Of a DNA stretch of 64,000 nucleotides, positions 26,801-38,800 are shown in pieces (positions within the stretch are counted from its first letter, which is position 1; each line of letters opens with the position of its first letter). The stretch spans positions 806,001-870,000 of the forward strand of contig CDRNST010000102.1 of NCBI GenBank assembly GCA_977016875.1. Direction: 5' to 3'. Both the position numbers and the translations under genes were made by a program. This DNA comes from Pavona decussata (lineage: Eukaryota). Under the pieces are notes generated by a model. The model saw only the letters and a list, made by a program, of their open reading frames with translations, made no database searches and was not told the DNA's origin.

Positions 26801-29800
26801 CTATCTTCTACTCGAAAATATGCCAAAGCGCCGGGCAAAATGGAATTTTATCTCATATCAGCGGTATCGAAGCGGCAGGCAAATACAACTCGGATACTAC
26901 ACTGTAGTTATAAAAACGTAAACATGTCATTAACCCTAGCTATCGACTGTGAGGTAGAAAATGTCGCTGTTTCGTACAGATTCATTTAAGAACTGAGCAG
27001 ATTGTCATCCTTCTGTTTAGTGAAAAACGTACTAGTTGCGTGAAGTAAAATAATGAAATTTGTCGATCATTCTGACGTTGCGTCATATGCCACGGCAATC
27101 GGCCTTTACGAATTTTGCTGTGGCATTAGTTATCACTCACTCTAACTGTGAATAATTTTTTGTATAGGAATATTCAGCAACGAAAAACTGTTTAGAGTAT
27201 TACGTTTTGTATTGTAGCGATAACTTTGTCATTCTCTCGGGAAAATATATTATACAAACTATAAAATGTATTTCAAATGTGTTAACTAGTACTTGCGTGA
27301 CTGACCACTGACTGACCATTTACTTGACTATAACTGTTATACCCAAACTAAATTTCTTACATGTTGCAGTAAAATAACAGATCGTACCTCAAGCATACCT
27401 GTCGTTGTAAGTTTCGATGTACCAGGGCAAGATTTTGCCTCGAAATATTTCCTCATTTTCAAGTGTTCACATGCGAGGAGTTCAACAATCAGCATGTTGT
27501 TGATAGGCTGTGATCTAGAAAACGTGCCTGCTTTGCACAGCTTCACAAACCCAAAAGTGATTTTAACGCCTGCTATTAGCTTTATTATTGAAACAAGTTC
27601 TTATTTAGTCAGATATATCATAAATACTTGGTTCTAGAAGTACTTCTAGATGCACCATGTGACAATGAAAAAAAATTGGTTGAGATCTGGACGAGCAGAA
27701 AGGTGACATGACACTTTGACCTTTTCAAATTTGGGGTTACATCTCACTCCCTAGTTAGACTTATTTTATTTAAGGTATATAAAACAATTCAAAGCTTATT
27801 AGATCATTAGATTTAGTTTTGGAACAAGAATTTTATAATTCTCCGGTAAAAATAACATACAAATAATAATTTATTGAAACATGTCATCTTGTCCTTGCGT
27901 GACCACAGGAATTTTTTGGAAAAAATATGTCAAAAATTCCCTATGTGTTTTATTCCGTCAAAGGCTGGCTTTTAAATTACCCAAGCTGAATTTTTGATAT
28001 GTTGCAGCACAACAATAGAGCTTTGCCTTACTGTAACTTTCATTGTAAATTTCGATGTACCAGGAAAAGAATTTTGTCCGCAAAGTTTCCACAATTTCAA
28101 GTGTCAACAAAAATGTTGAAAATAGGAATCTTCGGACTTTGAAAACTGCATGTAAATAAGAATCCTCCAGCAATATTTTCCTAAGACCGTATTCTCAGAA
28201 GGATGCCTAACTTAACTTCAAAAGATCGTTTTAATACGCTGAGCCGTCTTCCTTCCCGAGCGATTTGAAAATGCACCAAATCTCGTCAAAATTTAACGCC
28301 GGCTGCGCCGCGATCACGGCATTTCACATTATGCCGGAATTCTCGAAAACGAAAAATCTTTGGAAAGTTTTAATGTCATTTTCGTAAATAGTTCTCTAAA
28401 GGGATTCTTCTGACAAAATATGAGGAAATCCGAAATTTCAGTCTTGACCGCGAGTTCTCGATATTCTCAGTCAGCCGCTCTTAATACGTAAAGTATCTCC
28501 TTGAAATACAAAGTGTAATTTTTGTTGTTTGTTTTCTTTTGCTCGTTGTCATTGTTGTTGGTTGGTTTTTTGTTTGTTTGGTTATTGTTCTTGTTTTGTT
28601 TTGTGGGTACTGTTGTTTGTTTTGTGTTGTTATTTGTTTTGTTTTGCTTGTTGTTGTGGTTTGTTTTAGCTGACTTGTTCTCTTCTTGCTTAGGTCTCCA
28701 CTTCGACTCAGTCGACGAAATATCGAGACTGTATTTCGACAAATCCACTACTAAATGGATTAATCCGTCCGATTGCGTAGACATGGATTGTGACGCAAGG
28801 AGACAGCTTCTCATCCGGGACCTTGACGGCTCTTTCACGGGCTCCGTGGGCAGTGCGATCCTCTCCATGGCCGAGTATCAGTGGGATGGAGACAAACGGT
28901 TTGGACTGGGTAAACCTCAATATCAACATCCAAATTCTCCCCACTGACTTTATGTGTTTCGCTTCGTACTAGTTGAGAGAAATTGCTTGAAATTATTTTG
29001 TCTTATCATTTCCTTGTTCTCATAAACTGCAGTGTGGTTTAAGGTTATTTTAAACCTTCGCGGGTGTCCCTGAGAAAAAATGTATGCGCGCCACTTCTAT
29101 AGAAAGCCTAGAAAACGTTATATCACTGTCAATTGATAAACTGTAAAATCTGAAGATAAGGCTACTTTTGAACATTATTCCTTTGGTAGGCGAGTGCAAA
29201 CACTGAAACGCAAGGCTGACAGTGTGTGCTCTAACTGAATTATCAACCCTTACATTAATGCGACAAACTGGACTGTATTACTCAGTAGATAAGGGGCTTA
29301 CAAGGTGTGCCAGGGTTTTTTTTAAATTTACATTGATTCCTGAGAAAATCTATTATAAAGTTTGACAATGTAATATTTTTGAATGATTTGCACGCGCTGG
29401 ACGCCACAAGAAAGCTGTTTTGGATTTCCCAAAAGCCCATGTGTGCCGAACATTTTGGCCAGATTTCGTTTAAATCAGATAAACCTAGACACCCTATTGA
29501 TACATTTGAATGGAGGGAATATTCGCAAAAACAAGAACCCGAGTTTTTGGTCTCCAAACATTTGCATAGCTTTCGCACCCCATTACAGCAGTTGTCAACA
29601 AGGTCATGCCTGTTAAGACTCCCTGTTAACCGTTTCTTTATTTCATACACGCCACAGGAGATTATCGTATCCCCAAGCCAGCTCTGACGGCAGTAGATGG
29701 AAGCCGTCTCAACATATCTGTAGTCGCTCCTCACAAGGGAATTGTTCGTGGCACACGTAATTTTAACATTTGCTCGTGGTATGAAGATTGGAACGCTTAC

Positions 29801-32800
29801 AAGTGCAACTCAGATGATTACCGCATGTTGGTTATTGAGAGTTTAGATCCTGATACTGAGACGAGGCGACTATCCCCCGTAGCGCTGATTGCAAATGGTT
29901 TGTACACCTTTTTGTTTAAATAAATGAATAATGTTGCTGTTATTGTCATCGTCATCATTATTGTTGTTGTTGTTATTGCAGAGAAAACTTTTGACATTTT
30001 TCAGACTTATAGGTGACAACTTACCTATCGTTTGGCTTTATCAAAATAAAGGCCTCGTTGTTGTTGTTATCGTCGTCGTTGTCGCATTGTTGTTGTTGTC
30101 TTTTCCTTTTGCACTTGCCCTCTTCGACACTTCCCCGGTGATGTGTAAATGTTCTCATTCTATGCAACAGGTTACGTGAATCTGTTGAACGGCCCCCAGG
30201 ATCACGGTTGGTGTCTTGGTTACACCTGCCAGGAACGAATATCTACATTTTATGGAATAGTCGCAACAGGAACGAATTATTCTCTGTACTTCACGTCCAA
30301 CGAACCACATAGGCTGAGGCTACATTTGTTAAACAGCGACGTAACGGATGTGATAAGGGTTGGATTGTTTTACCAAAGACCTCAGAGACAGGATGTTTAT
30401 AGAAGAGGTAAGTAAGTTAATACTTTCTTCCTGAGTTACACTGCTCAGTCCCTTATTACAACGAGCCACCTTAAAATCCTTAAAACTGGCAATAAAGTCG
30501 AGCACATTTGATTAAAAAGACTGGGAAATTGCTCCATAAGCCATCTTAATCATCCAATCACTTACATTGTATAGGATTAATATAAAGCTTTGTATGTAGG
30601 TAGAAATAAGCCCTAGTGGGAGTAAGCGATGTTTAATTCGTGACCAAGATTATGTTTTAAGCAATAATGGAAGAATGAAAATAATCAGTGTATTATTTGG
30701 GTAGCATACCACAAAGCACATTTTCAATGGCTGGCTCAAACCGCTAGTGATCTCGTTCTTTAAAAGGCATAAAAAATACATAGTTTTAATTGTACTAAAT
30801 TTGTGTTTTTTTTCTCATTTTTTCGCCCTTATAAAACTAAGGTTAAATGCCGACATCACGAAATACGCGTAATTGTCTTCACGGCAATTCAACGCCCGAG
30901 AATGTGTCTACCTCTAGTACCCCTCTTTCACCAGGTATTTAATAGCAAATATTCAATTACAGGAGTATTCGTAAACCCAACAAATGGACAACTTGGAGGT
31001 TCACAGTACACTCTACTCCCCAATCCCCCGGGGACGCCTGATGATTACTTTGTGCCGCCGCTGACCAGTCATAGTGGTGCCAACTATTTTGACCGCAGTC
31101 TCTCTACCTTGTTTGTGATTGTACGTGGATCAGAGCCTGTGGATATACGAGTAATGCCAGTAATCCAGGTAAAGAGATTTTGCTTTACAACTACATACGT
31201 TTCACCTACGAAGAGCGTCGAAACTTACATTGCATCCACCGTCTAAAACTAAGCTAGAAGCATCCAGTGCAGCATAGGGTGAGGGAGACTAAGAAGAGTG
31301 CAATACGCTCCGATATTGGCACTCGTTTTGATGAGTATTCGTACTCCAAAATGCTATCTGCATACATTGATTATGGTCACGATCAACTGAAACATTTTTT
31401 TCGTTTGTCATTGGTCATTAAGTACCACAGGAGGCAAGATCAGATTATTAAACTGGACGACAATCGATGATACCACAGCGATAATAACTGACTTCAACAT
31501 TTCAATATCACGTTCGCCGTGCGATTTCTTTGTTGTTTTAAGAATGTAAATCTCTTGGCGGAATAACGCTTTGTCTCAGCTTTCAACTGTAAGTTGAAGC
31601 CCAGTTTTGTGGGTTTTTTTTTTTTGTCGAATAGCATATTTTGAGTAGTTTCTTAATGTTACAGTTCGAACAGTACAAGTACGGGTGTGCCTTTAGCACT
31701 AATGACACAAATGATGGATAAGAGAATTCTGCAGTGTATGTTGTATTGCCGAGTGGACATTATTTTCCTTATTAGGACTAACGCTCAGTCGTAAATTCAT
31801 GTGTTCACTTAGCAGTAAAACATAAACTGCAGAGTAAGTTCATCTCTGATCCATCGTTTAATCGAGCATTGTTGAGACGATTTGTATAGTTAACTCGGTT
31901 TAAACACTTCATTTTAAGGCAGGCGAGCTAAATTTATCATTCAAATGACAAGCTTTTAATTTGGCAATTTTCTCACAGGTTTCCCTTGGGGTGGCAGCTG
32001 TCAAAGTGGATGATTTCTTCAAAGAGAACCTGCTAAATAACCTAATCGCACTGCTGGGTATCGATAGATCTCGTATCAGAATAGTGGACATAGTTAGCGC
32101 TGATGGTTCTCGTCGTCGGAGAAAGCGATCCTCTGGTGTCGTACATCAGGTAAAGATTGAGATCGGCGATCCTCCCTTGGCTTCAAATGGTTCCTTGTCA
32201 TCTTCGTCTAACTCTTCAAGCAACTATACAGGTATGAAAATAAACCGTACGTTGATGTGAAAGAAATGTGATGTTGTGTTTTAAGCCCGTTGAATAAATG
32301 ATAGATAAAAAAAAGTATGTTTGTGACGGTTGAAAAATGTTAGCAAGGATCAAGCATAGAGACTAAAAGTATTTACCGTTTGCAAAAACAACTGGTTGGC
32401 CAACCAAAAATAAAATGACCCACTTTGCTCAAGAGTCGAAGTATCTAGCCGGGCAGGAGAATGGAAAATGCGAGAAATGACAACTGGTGGGGAATTTCCT
32501 GATAGCGATGTTCCATTCCGAACGGAAAAGATAATTACTTCTGGAAGTACCAAGAAAATCCGGATAGAATTTCCGGAAATGTTGTAATCTATTTGAATAG
32601 ACGGTATTCGTATTTTCGGTATTGGACTGGAAAGAGCTTGCATACGAGGCTTACGTGGGAGCCTTTCACATGAAAATTTTTGTTAATTTATTCACCCGCA
32701 AAAGTCTCCACTGAAAGCTGGATCCAGTTTAATACTGATAACACGAATACGGTCTATTGCAACCAAAATTGCAGCCGTGCCAGGGAAGTGGAAAAACCCT

Positions 32801-35800
32801 AGTTCTCATTGTCGCCAACGGTTTACCAACATGTCTTCTCAAACTCATTAATAATTCAAAAGCCAAAGACAAAGGAAGTTATGCACTGTGACGTGTTTGG
32901 ATATCTGATGAAAAACTCCGTTTTGGCATCCTCAATTTCCCCTTCAAAATCAGTTTGTTTGAGAAGTTATATCAAACACTCGTCACAGTGTTTCATCACA
33001 ATATCAAAAACATCGAAGTTCGTCAAAAATACTCCGCTACACGTCGTATTTTCAACTCTCTTCTCGGTGTTTGATATGTGATGAAACACTGTGTCTCGTG
33101 TTTGATATATTACTTGAAACTAATACGGCGACGTTAACATTCACACCCTTGTCACTGAAAGTAGAGTGTATAATCACACTATTGTCAGTGATAGAACTAT
33201 ATTTGTGGAGTAAAGTAGTCTTAAAGGAGAAGTATCACAAATTTGATGTCATTTCAAAACCCAAAAATGTTTGCCTGACAACAGAAACAAAAAATAATTG
33301 TCTAGTTTTGTTATAAATTATCACCCTAGTGCAATAAAACTGTCGATTAGCGCCCCTGCCCAGAGACAGAGTAGGTTGGAATGGATTGAAACTTGAAAAA
33401 TGTTCGGCTAATGTTTTTCAAGTTTTCGTATTTTTATTTTCAAAATGCACCAGAACAGGGGACGAGTTGTTCCTGTCAAGAATTGAGTTGATTTCTCTCC
33501 TCTCGTTGTTTTAAAATTATTTTGTAGCAAAGTGAAGGTCTTACTTCACCATTTTTAACAAAAGAGGTCAAAAACCCCATGAGACTTCCCCTTTAACTGA
33601 TAATCCATTGCATATTTGACAACAGGAGTAAACAGGACAACATCGATCGAGGAGCTTAAACAAGTTGGCGACAACTTAGTGGAAAAGGTACAAACAGGTG
33701 AACTCGCACAGCAAGCGCAACTGGAAGTCGTGTCGCTGTCCTTGTCTGACCCTATCCCTGAACCAGTTGACCCGACCGGCGGTGTCCGAGCCACTAATGA
33801 GACTGGTAAATAGCATAACTTCATTCTCGTTAGCTAAATTAGTTTCTTCAGCCAGGGCTATTTAACACAAATAAAAGTTAAAACAGTTTTACGTCTAGCT
33901 TTGGCGCTGAAGAAATCTAGTAATGTTTGGTACAATAGAGAGATTTAGAATTACGACAGAAATGACCACGTGACCATGTTTACCCTACATTAACTTACAT
34001 TTGCCGCTCGCTGTTTTCATTTTCTCAGTAATTGGGTAGTTTCCCGTTAGCATGAAAGGTCAGAATTATTTTGCACTATTCTTATCTATGTACGTATTTT
34101 TTCAACTCAAGAAAATTAACGCAAGGGTCTCTAGTTATTTACTCCAAAAAACAGGGGGGTTGTCTATCATCTAAAGATGTAGCCCTAACGTCGTGTTACG
34201 ACCGCAACATTCCAAAAAACTTTTGAGCAAAAATGGCACGACTTTTTATTGCCTCCTGGAGACTGCCTATAGTTTTATAACTTTTCGCTTATTAGACACT
34301 TCATTTCTGTGCCAGGGCCTTTTTAAATATTCTCTCAGTTTTAAAAAAAAACTGATAACTTCACTTTGAAGGAACTGGGCACTAGTGAAAATTGTCGTTT
34401 ATTTTAAAAATTAAAGGAATTTTTGAAAGGCCCGGGCACAGAAATGTGCCTAACACTCTCAAAGTTTTAAAACTACGGGCAACCTCCAAGATGCAATAAA
34501 AAGTGGTGTCATTTTTGCTGGAAAGTTTTCATGAGTGTTGCGGCCTCAACAGGTCACGTGACCTCATTTACATACATCGTGCATGTCAATGTGATGACAT
34601 TTAGAAGGATTTAACGCTTCTGAAGTCTTACGATGTTCTGGTTAAATCCTCAGAAGATAGACCACCTCCTCACTTTTTCCAGTTAATAACTAGACACCCA
34701 TGCCTTAATTTTCTTGAGAAGGAAACATAAGCGTGAATTTCACGTTTGCCGTTTGCCGCTTACGTTTACGGCAAACGGCAAACGTGAGATACGACCACGT
34801 GACCATGTTTATCCTATATTTGCCGCTTGCTGTTTTCAGTTTTTCTGTCAAATCAAGTAGTTTTGCGTTAGTATCAAAGGCCAGAATTAGTTTGCACTGT
34901 TCTCATCTTTGTACTCTTTATTTCAAGAAAACATAAACGCGGATCTCACGTTTGCTGTTTGCCGTAAACGCGATTCTTAATCTCTCTACTTAAATGTACC
35001 CCGGATGTAAGGCCACTGTTGCAGTTGTTTTGATATCTCACAGCTGTAACCCCTCCCTTCTCAGAGATCAGGAACAAGACTATTGTTATATGAAATAAAT
35101 GTGATGGTATTTTTCCAGCCTGGTGAATGAATGAGAATGATGTATTATTCTAGAAAGTGACACAGGCATAGTCGGAAAAAAGAAATCCGAGTGCTCCTAT
35201 CAGGAGTCGAACCTAAGACCTTCCGATCACTAGTTCGGATGCTCTACCACTGAGCTACAGGAGACTCGTGGGAGCTAAGGCCATTAAACTAGGTTCATGG
35301 GACAAACATCCTGCATACTGCAAGGATTTGGATGTCGAACGTGTGGTATATGAAATAAGTGTGATGGTATATAAATTATCCAGCCTGATCAATGAATGAG
35401 AATGAATGTATTATTCTTATTATTTCGGTGAATAAGAGAACACATCATGATCACAAAATGTGGGTTAATATTAAAACGAGCTATATTACGCTTACCATGA
35501 ACATAGAAATTCATCAAAAAACTTCATCGAGAAAAATTGAGTCCTAACTATACTCCATTCGCCGCCAGCGGTTGGATCTGGATGTAAACATTGAACTTAA
35601 GTGAGAATCGACAAAGCTAACTCATATACACGGGTCATAAAACATATACGTCTTAGAATCATCGAGGTAATGTGAGTTTCTCTCCGTTGTACGGCATTGT
35701 TACACTGTACGTTTTGTTTCACGACTGTCCTAAACAATTTGTCTCTCAAACAGTGTTGCTTGAGAAGTTGCACATGGTTATCTCCGCCTGTCTCACGTTT

Positions 35801-38800
35801 CTCTTTCTTGCAGGTGGACCAAACATAACAGACAACTCTACTCTGCGTTATGACCAACTACAGGCACAACAGCAGGCCGAGGCTCCCAGTAACCTGTTCA
35901 GCTTCCTCATTCCCAACAGACTGGAGCTCTTTACCGAACCGAACGGAGGTAACGAGACTGTTCCCTTCACTATCCAGCCAAAACTCAAGCTGGTGGACAT
36001 CGATGGCAAGTTAGTGACAACCTTGGGTCATGGCTCGTTAAGCAACTGGACTGTGAGAGCCAGCATACTGAACGGAACAGGAGACCCCATGGCGGTGCTA
36101 GAGGGTAATGTCTCTGTAACGATTGTGGAAGGCTGGGCCAACTTCACTGATCTGAGCATCACTCATAATGGTACCGATTATAAGTTACTGTTTAACGTCA
36201 GTAAACCTGCGGCTTCTCAGTTTAACGCCACTTCGCAGTCGTTTGAAGTCAAGGAGAGGATTTTGTACTTCACCGTTTCCATTCAGCCAGACGACGCTAA
36301 TGAAACCGTTAGCTTCGGAAAACAGCCGAGAATTGAAGTCCGCGATGCTGCCAACGGAAAAATCGTAGACAACACAGGTTGGAAAGGAAGAAGGTGGCTG
36401 TTCACGGCTTCCATAGCTAACTCAGATGATAACAATGGGCATCTAAACGGAACTACAGAAGTGGAATTTGTTCAAGGTATTTTTGTTTTATTACTCACTG
36501 TACCCCTGGGGTGGGAGCATTCCCTATAATGGATTATACTGGGAGGGTCCACCTGGAAGGGGCACTGTTTACAGGCTGAAGGAATATTAAAGGGCGGAGA
36601 TTTCACGAGCCGAAGTAAAGGAAAAGGCAAGGAAAACTGTCAATTAGGTATTTAAAGGGGGCTTTCAAAATATCTCTAAAAGACCAGCCTACCGTAGGTA
36701 TATGAAAGGGGTACCGTTTGTTATGAAACGTGTATGAAAGGGTTACCTTTTCTTGTAACAAGTTCATTGCTATGTAGTGCTAGGAAAAGTGGTTTTAAAG
36801 ACAATTTGGCCTTTAGGGTTTTCTTGTGCCACTTATGAAAAAATTCCCCTCGGGTTTCCAAAGTTCTACTTATTATTGATGACACAGTCCCTATGGACGT
36901 GCTCTCGGTGTTTCAAACTGTTTTTCTTGTCAAGTCGAACAAACTTCGAGACGAATTATTCCCTTTAATAACAAACCCTACCTGAAAATGAGCCCTTACA
37001 AATCTAACATAAATCTAATGTTTGTGGTAGGTGTCGCCCAGTTTACAAATCTCAGTGTGGACATTTCCGGAGACAACTACATCCTAGCGTTACAGGCGTC
37101 AACTGTCCCATGGTCCCGCTACGCCTTTAGCGAAAACTCCTCAGCGTTTAACGTTTCAGAAAGACTGCTCTACCTTAAATTGGTTCAACAACCTGGCGAC
37201 TGCAATGATACTGTTATCTGCGGCAGTCAACCAATGTTGGAGGTAAGAAATGTATTCCCGGACACTATTGTCGACAACATCGGCTGGAGGGGAAGAACGT
37301 GGCAGATCAACGCAAGTATGGTTGGCGTGAGCAATTCTGTGCTTAACGGTACTGCGCTGCTGTCGGTACCAACATCAGGGAAGGTACAGTTTCACGACTT
37401 AAACTTCTACGACGTCGCACAAGGATACCAAATAAAATTCACTGTTATAACTGAGCCATCATCTTCATATTCTGGATTGTCCGTGATCTCGGAAACTTTC
37501 GACGTCTCCCCACGCAAATTCTACCTCGAAGTGATAACACAGCCTGGCAACGCCAACCAATCGGAGATCTTTGGTGTTGCCCCAGTAGTAGAAGTACGAG
37601 ATGTAGGAACGCGCATGCGCGGACACCCTCTGAAAGGTGATTGGTCAATAGCAGTGTCGCTCAAACCGTCACCTTTGAATGGAACACTGAGTGGAGAGCT
37701 AAACGTGACCGCTACGGACGAGAGGGTGGAATTTGGCAACTTGTCAATCTCTTTCTATGGTGTTGGATATGAACTTGTTTTCGTATCTAATTATGGACAC
37801 ATGGTAAGTAGAGGAATAAATGTACAATACTAAAGAAAATTAATTAATGCACCTTGAAGTGAGCGCGAATTTTCAAAAATAAACGTTAGTGTACCTTTAA
37901 TTTCTTGTGGCGTTATTTCCCGCGACCTAATTTGAGAACGGTGCCTCCTAATACAGCTGTATTTTTGGCGCCTTTTAAGACTATAGAATAAAAATGAGCG
38001 ATATAAAGACTGAACGACGTTCCAATGACTCCATGTCATCATTATCAAGTTCGAAATACATGGTGAAATTGATTATATATATAGTATCTAAAGTGTGGAA
38101 ATATTTAGGGAATAAACAAAGGAGTTAAAGTATTCATAACAATTGAATACTTTAACTCCCTTGTAAACTCCATAAATATTTCTACACTTTAGTAGTGGGC
38201 CATTTTCTTTTTGAATGCAGAATTTCCAATGCACTCTTTCTCGAAATAATACGAAATCTGAAAAAGCTAGCTTAATTTCCTTCATTTGGAGTCAATTGAC
38301 TGTTTTTTTTTTCTTAAATGTAAACATTTTTACAAGAAATAAATACCATCTTATTTCGTCCCCCATCTTAGTTGGATATTACAGTGTAATACATGGTCAA
38401 AAAAGAGGTCCTAAAAAGATGCTGTTCTGGTGCTTTTTAATTGTAACATCTAAATTCCAATTCAATACTTACAGCTAGTGTGCTTCTTTATTCTACAGGT
38501 ATACTCTCAGACCTTTGAAGTCAAATATGTAAATGACTATTCCCCAGTATTTGAGCCTTCAAATGGCTTTTACAACGCCACTATCTCTGAGGACGCTTCC
38601 GTCGGTGTATTTGTAACCACAGTAACGGCAACTGACCAAGACTCAGGTTCCCAAGGTGATGTTTTCTACTCCATTGTGGGTGGAAACACTGGCAACAAGT
38701 TCACTGTTGATGCTGTCTCGGGAAATATCACATCAATTGGAGAGCTTGACCGGGAAACAACTGCAGTATTTACGCTAACTGTGCGAGCGTCCGACGGCGC

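Noticed and set aside
22670-28484. piggyBac element
   Set aside because: The TTAA TSD fits, but the termini are GAG...CTC rather than CCC/CAC-type, and the relic peptide is not piggyBac-like
35190-35265. tRNA gene on the minus strand
   Set aside because: Part of a dispersed repeat with a second, deleted copy near 47412; poor acceptor stem
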